Part shown: positions 35,863-43,572 of the stretch, in pieces | Layout: every line of letters starts with the position of its first letter | How positions within the stretch are numbered: position 1 is the first letter of the stretch | Assembly (NCBI GenBank): GCA_902802945.1 | Contig: CADCOC010000003.1 | Coordinates: 1,089-65,088, forward strand | Origin: an uncultured bacterium | Lineage (GTDB): Bacteria > Verrucomicrobiota > Kiritimatiellia > RFP12 > UBA1067 | DNA length: 64,000 nt | Direction: 5' to 3' | Notes under the pieces: model-generated | Databases searched by the model: none | Told to the model about the DNA's origin: nothing | The model's input: the letters and a program-made list of their open reading frames with translations, nothing else | Position numbers and translations under genes: made by a program

Positions 35863-37380
35863 ATGATCAACGTTAACACAAACACCAGCCTCCAGGGCAT
35901 TCAGAACTGGGAAAATCTGGCAAAATTGCTTGAGACGAACAGTACTGGAAACGTCAAAAACGGCACGATTGACCTCGACAAAGGTCAGATAACCATTACC
36001 ATCAACGACGGTACGAATACGCAGTCGGTGAATGTGTCCGTTCCGAACCTCGGTACGGTCGACGGGGCGCCGGATACCGCAGCGCTCAAGACGCTGGCGG
36101 ACAAGATCATAGCCGTGGCTACCGAGTTGTCGGCCTCCGGGTCCATTGAGGCCGACGGCACGCTCAGCGCGCAGCTGAAAGACGCGATTACCAAGCTCGA
36201 GGCAGCCCTCTCCGCCTCGGGGGCGAATCCGACCTCGGCGAACACCGTGAACACGTCCAAGGCGCTCTTCGACCTCTACAAGCTGATGGCCATCATGGTG
36301 GAAGTCGCCCAGAAGCAGCGCGACACGTCGCGCGAGATCCGTCTCGTCGAGAACCAGCAGGTACAGAACTCGATCAAGCAGCAGGCTGCCGACATCCGCA
36401 GCGCGGCGATCATCTCACTCGGGTTCGGCCTCGCCTCGGCCGTCGTGTCGGGCATCATGAGCGGCTTGGCCATGTACAAGCAGGGCAAGGCGTTCGACCA
36501 GCAGACCAATGCGGCGAAGAATCTGAACACGCCAATGGAAAACCTGAAGACGGCGCAGCTCGCCTCCAGCCCGGCGGCGGCGGAGGCGAACCTCCAGTCC
36601 GTTACGGCAAAGACGCCGCAGAACATCATTGACAAGGTGAACCAGCAGTTCGACGCCGCAAAGACGGACTTCGTCCGGGACATCACGGCGGCGGACACGC
36701 GCCTCCGGACTGCGGAGCAGGCGCAGGACACGGCGGGCGACGAGCTGAACGCCATCCGCAACCGTCAGCCTCCCGCCACGCAGGAGGAGATCCAGGCCAA
36801 GGTGGACGCCTACGACAATGCGAGCAACGAGGTGCTGGCGGCCAAGCAGAACCGCGCCTCGATCGAGAAGAGCTTCTTCGACAAGCTGGACACGCAGCTG
36901 AAGGCCAACGAGGTCGAGATCAATACCAAGGAGGGACTGGGCGAGGACGTGACGGCCCTCAAGCAGGAGAACACCTACCTGCGCGCCTACACGGCAAAGT
37001 TGAAGGCCGACCACGCCTCCGACTCCACGAAGAACCTCGACCTCTCGGTCGCGCAGAACAAGTACGACTTCGCCAAGCGCGCGATGGAACTGGACAATAA
37101 GTACATGGGCTCACAGAAGATGATGAACCGCTGGATGGGCATCCAGCAGCTTCAGATGAGCCTCGCGCAGATGGCAAACGCGTCCGGCAACATGATCAGC
37201 CAGATGGTGCAGGCCAAGGCGACGATGGAAGGCGCGGAGCAGACGCAGCACAACGAGCAGCTCGACCAGATCAAGGACCTCTTCTCGCAGGCCGAGACGG
37301 TCATCCAGGCGGTCATCCAGCTCATGCAGGCCGTGCTGTCCGCAGAAAACGATTCGTTGATGGAGGCGATCCGCGCCTAA
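35863..37380 (+). CDS. type III secretion translocator-like coiled-coil protein with one central hydrophobic segment (second translocator candidate)
   Basis: RBS AAGGAG at 35850-35855, ATG 35863. Long helical/coiled-coil regions rich in Q/A/K and a single hydrophobic stretch (AAIISLGFGLASAVVSGIMSGLAMY). The gene lies in an operon with an LcrH-type chaperone. The call rests on architecture and context only. Confidence 0.4.
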   Translation: MINVNTNTSLQGIQNWENLAKLLETNSTGNVKNGTIDLDKGQITITINDGTNTQSVNVSVPNLGTVDGAPDTAALKTLADKIIAVATELSASGSIEADGTLSAQLKDAITKLEAALSASGANPTSANTVNTSKALFDLYKLMAIMVEVAQKQRDTSREIRLVENQQVQNSIKQQAADIRSAAIISLGFGLASAVVSGIMSGLAMYKQGKAFDQQTNAAKNLNTPMENLKTAQLASSPAAAEANLQSVTAKTPQNIIDKVNQQFDAAKTDFVRDITAADTRLRTAEQAQDTAGDELNAIRNRQPPATQEEIQAKVDAYDNASNEVLAAKQNRASIEKSFFDKLDTQLKANEVEINTKEGLGEDVTALKQENTYLRAYTAKLKADHASDSTKNLDLSVAQNKYDFAKRAMELDNKYMGSQKMMNRWMGIQQLQMSLAQMANASGNMISQMVQAKATMEGAEQTQHNEQLDQIKDLFSQAETVIQAVIQLMQAVLSAENDSLMEAIRA

Positions 37381-37408
37381 GAAACTGCAAAAAGAAGGGA
37401 GAAAAACA

Positions 37409-38209
37409 ATGGACATATCTCTTAGCAACGCAATCATCGCAGAGACGGCGCAGGCGCGCGACCTGTCGACGGAAGGCGGCGGGGTGGGGGCCGCCGCTGA
37501 GCGCGTCCTGCGTCCGATCCTCGGCGGCGACAACGTGCGCGTGAGCAGCGCGATCACCGGCGACCTTCAGAAGCTTCTGGCGCAGGTCCGCGCAGAGCAG
37601 GAGGACAAAAAGGTCCAGCTCGCCCACCTGCAGCTGAGCGCGGTACTGAGCCACCTCTCCGCGATGGCGGATCTCACGGCCTCCCAGCAGGCGCAGGTCA
37701 GCGCGATGCAGATGCAGATCGACGCGCTGGAGGCGGCGGTCGAGCGCGAGAGGACCACGTCCGCGGAACGCAAGAAGGCGATTGAGACGAAGCGCCAGCT
37801 GGAGTCCGACGCGCAGGATGATCTGAGGGCGGCCGAGCAGGCCGGCGACGAGGCTGCGGTGGAGGCCGCCCAGAAACGTCTCGCCGCCGCCCAGGCCCAG
37901 GTCGCCACGCTGGAGGCGGAGATCGCGAAGATCGACGCGGACATCAGGGACGCGGAGAAGGAGATCACGGGATACAGCGACGATCTCACCGCCCTGCTCG
38001 CCAAGCTCGACTACCCCGCACTCGTGCTGGTGCTGGCCGCGATCTCCATCTCGGCGAGCGACGCGACCCCGTCCGAGGCGAGGGTCGAGGACGATGAGCA
38101 GAAGGGCAAGAAGATCCCCACTACCCTCGATGTCGTGCGCGAGTCCCTGGAGAAGGCCGTCGAGGACATCCGCGATGAAATCGTGGAGAAGCGCATTGAA
38201 TCGGTCTGA
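37409..38209 (+). CDS. coiled-coil T3SS-associated protein (tip/translocon accessory candidate)
   Basis: RBS AAGGGAG. About 150 aa of heptad-like A/E/Q-rich sequence (LEAAVERERTT...AQVATLEAEIAKIDADIRDAEKEI) and a short hydrophobic patch (YPALVLVLAAISISA). No family recognised. Confidence 0.3.
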   Translation: MDISLSNAIIAETAQARDLSTEGGGVGAAAERVLRPILGGDNVRVSSAITGDLQKLLAQVRAEQEDKKVQLAHLQLSAVLSHLSAMADLTASQQAQVSAMQMQIDALEAAVERERTTSAERKKAIETKRQLESDAQDDLRAAEQAGDEAAVEAAQKRLAAAQAQVATLEAEIAKIDADIRDAEKEITGYSDDLTALLAKLDYPALVLVLAAISISASDATPSEARVEDDEQKGKKIPTTLDVVRESLEKAVEDIRDEIVEKRIESV

Positions 38210-38261
38210 CCGACGGAGTCATTTTTTCACCAGTTAAAACCCAACAGAAAGGAACCAGAAA

Positions 38262-38753
38262 ATGAGCGAAAACACCAACACGAAACTTGCCGAGGAACTT
38301 GACAATGAAATCAAGGACGTGGCGAAGAAGCTCTTTCAGGACGGAGCGACGCTTGGAGAGCTCAAGGGCATCACGCCCCGCGAGCTGAACGCAGTGTACC
38401 AGATGGGGCTCGGCTTCTACAACACGGGCCGGTACGACGACGCCGAGAAGGTGTTCTCCTTCCTCGTGATGTTCGACCACCTGGAGCCGAAGTACTGGCT
38501 GGCCGCCGGGGCGGTGCAGCAGGTGAAGAAGAACTTCGAGAAGGCGAAGGCTGCCTACGTACAGGCCGCCATGCTCGACATCCACGGCCCCAAGCCCCAG
38601 TACTACGTGGCGGAATGCTACCTCGCGCTCGGGCAGAAGGACGACGCGCTCGCCTCGCTCGAGACGCTGCTCGAGTACTGCAACGGCCAGGACGAGGTGA
38701 CGAAGGAGTTCCGCGCCAAGGCGGAGGCGCTGAAGAAAAAAATCTTAGGATAA
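38262..38753 (+). CDS. class II type III secretion chaperone (LcrH/SycD/IpgC/SicA family, TPR)
   Basis: Collinear by eye with Yersinia LcrH/SycD. This protein: GATLGELKGITPRELNAVYQMGLGFYNTGRYDDAEKVFSFLVMFDHLEPKYWLAAGAVQQ...AAMLDIHGPKPQYYVAECYLALGQKDDA. LcrH: GGTIAMLNEISSDTLEQLYSLAFNQYQSGKYEDAHKVFQALCVLDHYDSRFFLGLGACRQ...GAIMDIKEPRFPFHAAECLLQKGELAEA. Confidence 0.85.
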   Translation: MSENTNTKLAEELDNEIKDVAKKLFQDGATLGELKGITPRELNAVYQMGLGFYNTGRYDDAEKVFSFLVMFDHLEPKYWLAAGAVQQVKKNFEKAKAAYVQAAMLDIHGPKPQYYVAECYLALGQKDDALASLETLLEYCNGQDEVTKEFRAKAEALKKKILG

Positions 38754-38823
38754 TTGTACCGGGGGCGTAACCTTTCCGTAGGTTGCGCGTAAACAGGGCA
38801 AAGAGAAAACGGAGGTACAACAA

Positions 38824-39897
38824 ATGAGCAACATGACAATAGATCCGAACGCGCGTATGCCAATCGGCAACACGCAGACCGCAGCGCAGCTGGCCGGCGG
38901 CAGCAACGACGGCAAGGTCAAGGACAAGACGACCACCCTCACGCGGGAGATCACCTCCCTCGCCCAGCGGGCGATTACGGTCATGACGACGAACAGGGCC
39001 CAGACCCAGCAGACGACCGGTGCGAGCGGCACCACGGGCGTTCCCGTGCTTGACGACCCCGAGGACCCCAAGGCCCTCCTTCAGGACCTCGAGAGGCTCG
39101 TGGCGTTCCTGCAGCTTGACAACGACCAGCGCCAGAGCGAAATGGCGCGGGCCCGCATCGAGAACCAGCAGGGCGTCATGGACAAGGAGCACCGCACGCG
39201 CCTGGATAAGATCGACGAGTCGATCAAGGCGGCCAAGAAGGCCGAGAAGGCCGCCAAGGCGAGCCGCATACTCGGCTGGCTCGGCGCAATCGTCGCAGTC
39301 GTGGCAGCCATCGTGGTGACGGCCGTCACGGGCGGCGCTGCGGCCGGCTTCGCGATCGCAGGCGCGGCTCTTGCCGTGACGCAGCTCGTGTTGAGCGAGA
39401 CGGGCGCGGCGGACAAGATCATCGACAAGATGGCGGAATCCATGCAGAAAAACTTCGGACTGAGCAAGGCCGACGCAAAAGCCTGGGCGGCCGGCATCTA
39501 TTCGGCCATCTTCGTGGTGCTGGGCCTCGCATCGGCCGGCGTCGGAATCGGCATGTCCGCCGTGAGCGCGGCCAAGGCAACGGCCGACACGATCTCCAAC
39601 ACCGCGAAGATCGCGCTGTTCGCCACGCAGGTCGTCAACATAGGGATGGGACTCGCCGGCGCTGCCACAGGCGGCGTGCAGACCAGCCTCAACTACAAGG
39701 CGTCCGAGGCGAGCGCGGAGGTTTCCGACGTCAACCGCTACATGGCCGTCATCCAGCAGCTGCTCGAGGAGTCCGAAGAGGAGCTGGAGCAGATCATGAA
39801 CCAGATCCAGGCCCTGTTCTCCCAGCTCGTCGCGATCATCCAGAGCAAGACCGACACGGGCAACATGATCGTCGAGAACATGACACAGATGATCTAA
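38824..39897 (+). CDS. hydrophobic type III translocator (YopB/PopB/SseC/EspD-like, SctE candidate)
   Basis: The gene lies immediately downstream of the class II chaperone, as in lcrH-yopB, ipgC-ipaB and sicA-sipB. A coiled-coil is followed by a basic stretch, then hydrophobic helices (KAAKKAEKAAKASRILGWLGAIVAVVAAIVVTAVTGGAAAGFAIAGAALAV...; AAGIYSAIFVVLGLASAGVGIGMSAV; IALFATQVVNIGMGLAGAATGG). Confidence 0.6.
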   Translation: MSNMTIDPNARMPIGNTQTAAQLAGGSNDGKVKDKTTTLTREITSLAQRAITVMTTNRAQTQQTTGASGTTGVPVLDDPEDPKALLQDLERLVAFLQLDNDQRQSEMARARIENQQGVMDKEHRTRLDKIDESIKAAKKAEKAAKASRILGWLGAIVAVVAAIVVTAVTGGAAAGFAIAGAALAVTQLVLSETGAADKIIDKMAESMQKNFGLSKADAKAWAAGIYSAIFVVLGLASAGVGIGMSAVSAAKATADTISNTAKIALFATQVVNIGMGLAGAATGGVQTSLNYKASEASAEVSDVNRYMAVIQQLLEESEEELEQIMNQIQALFSQLVAIIQSKTDTGNMIVENMTQMI

Positions 39898-39935
39898 CGC
39901 CTCGGCAAATAGCAGAAGTAGAAAGGAACTCTAAA

Positions 39936-40193
39936 ATGAATATCCGCCTTGACACGAACTCAATCCCTGCGCAGACGCAGTTCCAGCCCGCCTCAGTGCG
40001 GGCGACGGACGACGCCACGCGGGACCAGTCCAACACCGTGACCGTCACGAAACGCGAGTTTCCCGGCTTCACGGGCACGGAGGAGGTCGACGCCGTGACG
40101 GAGGCGGATGTTTCCACGCGCGACGATGCGCTGGGGAAGCTCTTCCGCAGCGTCTTCGCCTACGCACCGCCGCCGATGCCGAACTTCGTCTAA
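39936..40193 (+). CDS. small hypothetical protein in the T3SS operon
   Basis: RBS-like GAAAGGAA upstream of ATG 39936. 85 aa, acidic, no hydrophobic segment. It does not look like a helical-hairpin needle subunit. Confidence 0.35.
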   Translation: MNIRLDTNSIPAQTQFQPASVRATDDATRDQSNTVTVTKREFPGFTGTEEVDAVTEADVSTRDDALGKLFRSVFAYAPPPMPNFV

Positions 40194-40205
40194 GGAGCGT
40201 GCGCC

Positions 40206-41897
40206 ATGCCGCCAATCGTTGGATTCCAGACTTATCTCTCGAACGCGCAGAGGCTCATCTCGCAGGACGCGCAGCCGCCGAAGAAAGGCGAGGCGCGTCC
40301 TGCGGACTGCACCTTGGGCCTGAGCGGACGTAAGTTGTCGGCAGTTCCCGCAAACGGGCCTTCGGCGGACATCGAACTGGCCCGCCGGGACTTCATCGAG
40401 TCGTTCGTCGTGCAGTTCGGCGAGGGATGCCGCCCGCTGGTCGAGAGCGCCCTGCTGGGAAAGAACGCCAAGCCGCTCACCGCGCGGATGATCGTGGCCC
40501 TGAACGAACAGGCGATCGCGCTGAAGCCCTCCGACCTGACCGCGTCGCTCTCCGACCTGCTGCGCCGCGCGGCGCAGGAGAACGCCGGGGGCGTGACGCA
40601 CGCGCAGTTCCAAGCTCTCATCGACGAGAATCCGGAGCTGCGCGCGGAACTCGAGCCGCTGAACGCCGTGCGTAAGCAGGCGGAGGAGGCCCTGGCGCGC
40701 CTAGGCGCGTTCACGGGCGCGGAGATCGCCGCCGCGTTTCGTCCGGGGGCCGCGGCCTCCAGGGAGGAGCAGGCGCTGAAAGACACCATACTGTTGCTGG
40801 TCCGCACGGCGACCAACAAGCTCTTAGACCTTGCGGACGGCCTTCGCCGCATCTACAGCCAGCATGGCGACGAGACCGGGATGCTGTTCGGCCTGATCAC
40901 GCGCTGCAACAACCGCGCGATCGAGGTGCAGCGCATGGTCGCCGAGCTCTCGCAGCTGGATTCCGACTCCGACGACCTGCGCCTTTCAATGTACGCGGCG
41001 GAGCTGCTGCCGAAGATCGCGCTGCAGATGCACGGCACCGGCCGTGCGATTGAGCAGCTGAGCCTATCGCTGCAGCCTCTGGCCAACCGCTTTGACTCGA
41101 TTCGGGCCGAGGCCTCGCGCGACGGGCGGGTCAGCATCGAGGATGTGGCGCTGCTTCTCCGCGAGATAACCGTGGCGCAGGCCGCGCTCCGCGATGCGGC
41201 GAAGCACGGCATAGAGATGCCGGATGGGAGCAAAGAGCGCCCGGATCCAGGCCTGTTCAAGTCAATTGACGAACTGCTCAACAAGCTCAAGACCGACGTG
41301 CTCGATTTCACCACCCAAGCGCTGGAGGAGAAGGCCAAGAACTGGGTGAATGGCGTAGTGCCGACGTTCTCCGCAACGAAACTGTTCACCGTCTACCGCG
41401 ACGTGGTGAAGGACGTCGCGGACGACGCGGAGGAAATGGAGCGTTTCCTGCAGGACATGGAGGCTTTCCGCATGTCCGCGCTCGTGTGGGCGCGGGGACT
41501 GACCAGCATGACCTCGATGGCGGCGCTTAACGACTCCTTCCTGCGCCTGCAGACGTGCCTGAAGGCGTACCAGTTGGCCACCAATGTAATCAACATCCTG
41601 TTGTCGAAGAAGGGCGGCTCGTCGAAACGCTCGGCTAGGACCGAGCACGTGGAGGAGGTGAAGGCGAAGGTCGCGGAGCTGAAGGAACGTTTCCAGAAGC
41701 TCGGCGAGATGCGCGTACACGAGCTTGAAAAGGCTGCGGATGAGGACCGCGTGGAACTCGACAAGTTGCAGAATCTGCTGGAGAACGGATCAGACGTCAT
41801 GAGCGAGGCGGTGAGCATACAGCGCCTGTACGAAATACTGGTGGGACGAAGGGAGGAGAGCGAAGAGGAACGCGAGTCGAATGGAAGCGGAGTTTGA
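40206..41897 (+). CDS. 563-aa hypothetical helical protein in the T3SS operon (secreted substrate or gatekeeper candidate)
   Basis: RBS AAGGAG at 40192-40197. Codon usage is good. No TM segment and no motif I recognise. Confidence 0.5.
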   Translation: MPPIVGFQTYLSNAQRLISQDAQPPKKGEARPADCTLGLSGRKLSAVPANGPSADIELARRDFIESFVVQFGEGCRPLVESALLGKNAKPLTARMIVALNEQAIALKPSDLTASLSDLLRRAAQENAGGVTHAQFQALIDENPELRAELEPLNAVRKQAEEALARLGAFTGAEIAAAFRPGAAASREEQALKDTILLLVRTATNKLLDLADGLRRIYSQHGDETGMLFGLITRCNNRAIEVQRMVAELSQLDSDSDDLRLSMYAAELLPKIALQMHGTGRAIEQLSLSLQPLANRFDSIRAEASRDGRVSIEDVALLLREITVAQAALRDAAKHGIEMPDGSKERPDPGLFKSIDELLNKLKTDVLDFTTQALEEKAKNWVNGVVPTFSATKLFTVYRDVVKDVADDAEEMERFLQDMEAFRMSALVWARGLTSMTSMAALNDSFLRLQTCLKAYQLATNVINILLSKKGGSSKRSARTEHVEEVKAKVAELKERFQKLGEMRVHELEKAADEDRVELDKLQNLLENGSDVMSEAVSIQRLYEILVGRREESEEERESNGSGV

Positions 41898-42468
41898 AAA
41901 CGGGTTTGCCCGGGTGGAAGGCGGCGACTGGATGTTCGGTGAACTCCAGCCGTCCGCCGTTTCCGGCACTCTCACGCCGAAGCGGCTTCCGCGCGAGGAC
42001 GTGTCGTGGTGGCGGCGTCTGTTCCAGCCTGACCGCCGACGCCTCCGGTGCGCGTCGCTCTCCGGCCGGATGTGGTGCGGGGACCGGGCGCATCCCTTCC
42101 TCACGCGGATCGACCTCGCCGAGCGCGTGACGGCTGTCACGGCGAAACTGCTCCTCGCGCCCGCTTCCTCGCGCCGCGCGGGCGGGTTGCTGCGCGTCGT
42201 GCCTTTTTCCGTCCGCGGCGCGATCTGCACCACCGCCCTGGAGGGCGGATGGGCGGTTCTGGCCACGCAGGGTCGGACGACGCGGGTTGTCGTGGCGGAC
42301 GGCGAGACCCTTGGCGTGAAGCCGGAGTCCGCAGTGGCGTGGACCGGGCGCGCGCCGACCGGGTTCTGTCCGCGCCTACGCGCGCGCGATGTCTTTCTGC
42401 CGCGCACGCCGAAGTGCCTGCGCCTGAATTTCCACGGTCCGTGCGTGGTGTGGTTCGAGGGGTCGTAG
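41881..42468 (+). CDS. hypothetical protein, possibly AIM24/TRAP-fold-like
   Basis: Overlaps the upstream gene by 17 nt. The C-terminal pattern GGWAVLATQGRTTRVVVADGETLGVKPESAVAWTG...LNFHGPCVVWFEGS resembles AIM24-family strands. Arg-rich composition makes the coding call less certain. Confidence 0.3.
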   Translation: MEAEFENGFARVEGGDWMFGELQPSAVSGTLTPKRLPREDVSWWRRLFQPDRRRLRCASLSGRMWCGDRAHPFLTRIDLAERVTAVTAKLLLAPASSRRAGGLLRVVPFSVRGAICTTALEGGWAVLATQGRTTRVVVADGETLGVKPESAVAWTGRAPTGFCPRLRARDVFLPRTPKCLRLNFHGPCVVWFEGS

Positions 42469-42472
42469 CGCC

Positions 42473-43264
42473 ATGCAGTTCACCGACTTCCACCGAATGA
42501 TCATTGCCTTCGTGCTGGCCGCCGCCCGGGTTGGCGGCGCGCTCGCCATCTGTCCCGCCACGACCAGCTCCATGATCACGGGCGTTGCGCGCAACGCGGC
42601 CACGCTCTCCTTCGCCGCGCTGATCGTGCCGTGCGTGCTTCGGTGGATGCCGCCGGGAGAGCTCTCCACGGGGTTCCTCTGCGTGGTTGCGTTTAAGGAG
42701 GCGCTGGTGGGGTTCCTCATCGGGTTCTTCGCCTCCATCCCGTTCTGGGTCGCGGAGAACGTGGGCAACTTCATCGACAACCAACGTGGCGCGACGATGG
42801 GCGAGGTTTACTCGCCGCTGTCGGGCACGCAGGTCTCCACCACGGGAATCTTCTTCACTCAGATCGTCTCGACCATCTTCTTCGTCGGCGGGGCGGTGCT
42901 CGTGTTTCTCGCCGCCATCTACGCGAGCTACGGCGTGGTGCCGCTCTTTGGCGACTGGCCGGCCATGCGCGGGGACGCTCCCGGATTCGCGCTGGACACC
43001 CTCGACGGAATGATGCGAACGACGTTCATCATCTCCGCGCCCGTCATCATCCTCATGTTCCTAGCCACCATCGGCCTCGGGTTCGTGAACCGCACGGCCC
43101 CGCAGCTCAACGTGTTCTTCCTGTCGATGCCGATCAAGTCCGCACTCGGCGTCGCCATGCTCGTGGTGTACCTGCGGTACATCATCGACATGCTCATGTA
43201 CACGGACGAATCGTCCATCCTCGGACCGCTCTCGCGCATCTTCGCGTCGGCCGCGCCAGTTTAG
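42473..43264 (+). CDS. sctT: type III secretion export-apparatus protein SctT (YscT/SpaR/FliR family)
   Basis: Polytopic membrane protein. The core FKEALVGFLIGFFASIPFWVAENVGNFIDNQRGATMGEVYSPLSGTQVSTTGIFFTQIVSTIFFVGG is collinear with YscT (GKEIILGLLIGFVATIPFWALESAGFIVDNQRGAAMASLLNPGLDSQTSPTGLLLTQTLITIFFSGG). Confidence 0.85.
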   Translation: MQFTDFHRMIIAFVLAAARVGGALAICPATTSSMITGVARNAATLSFAALIVPCVLRWMPPGELSTGFLCVVAFKEALVGFLIGFFASIPFWVAENVGNFIDNQRGATMGEVYSPLSGTQVSTTGIFFTQIVSTIFFVGGAVLVFLAAIYASYGVVPLFGDWPAMRGDAPGFALDTLDGMMRTTFIISAPVIILMFLATIGLGFVNRTAPQLNVFFLSMPIKSALGVAMLVVYLRYIIDMLMYTDESSILGPLSRIFASAAPV

Positions 43265-43276
43265 TGAAAGGCAGAT

Positions 43277-43567
43277 ATGGAAATAGAAAAGAAAACCGAA
43301 GGAACCAAACTGACCGTCTCCGTGACGGGTCACATCGACACCGTGACCGCGCCGCAGCTGGAGGCGGAGCTTGTGCTTGACGCCGTGGACGAGCTGGTAC
43401 TCGACCTCTCAGGCGTCGCATACGTCTCGTCGGCCGGACTGCGCGTTTTCCTCTCGGCCTACAAGGCGATGTCGAAGAAGGGCGGCATGACGATCGTCGG
43501 CGCGCAGCCCGCCGTGCTGGAGGTGTTCAAGATCACCGGATTCGCGACAATCTTCAAGCTTGCCTGA
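43277..43567 (+). CDS. STAS-domain anti-sigma-factor antagonist-like protein (SpoIIAA/RsbV/BtrV/HsbA type)
   Basis: 96 aa. The layout is TGHIDTVTAPQLEAEL...LVLDLSGVAYVSSAGLRVFLSAY...VFKITGF. The canonical phosphorylatable serine context is DLSGV.YVSSAGL (Ser codons at 43427-43432). Confidence 0.8.
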   Translation: MEIEKKTEGTKLTVSVTGHIDTVTAPQLEAELVLDAVDELVLDLSGVAYVSSAGLRVFLSAYKAMSKKGGMTIVGAQPAVLEVFKITGFATIFKLA

Positions 43568-43572
43568 CCTCG

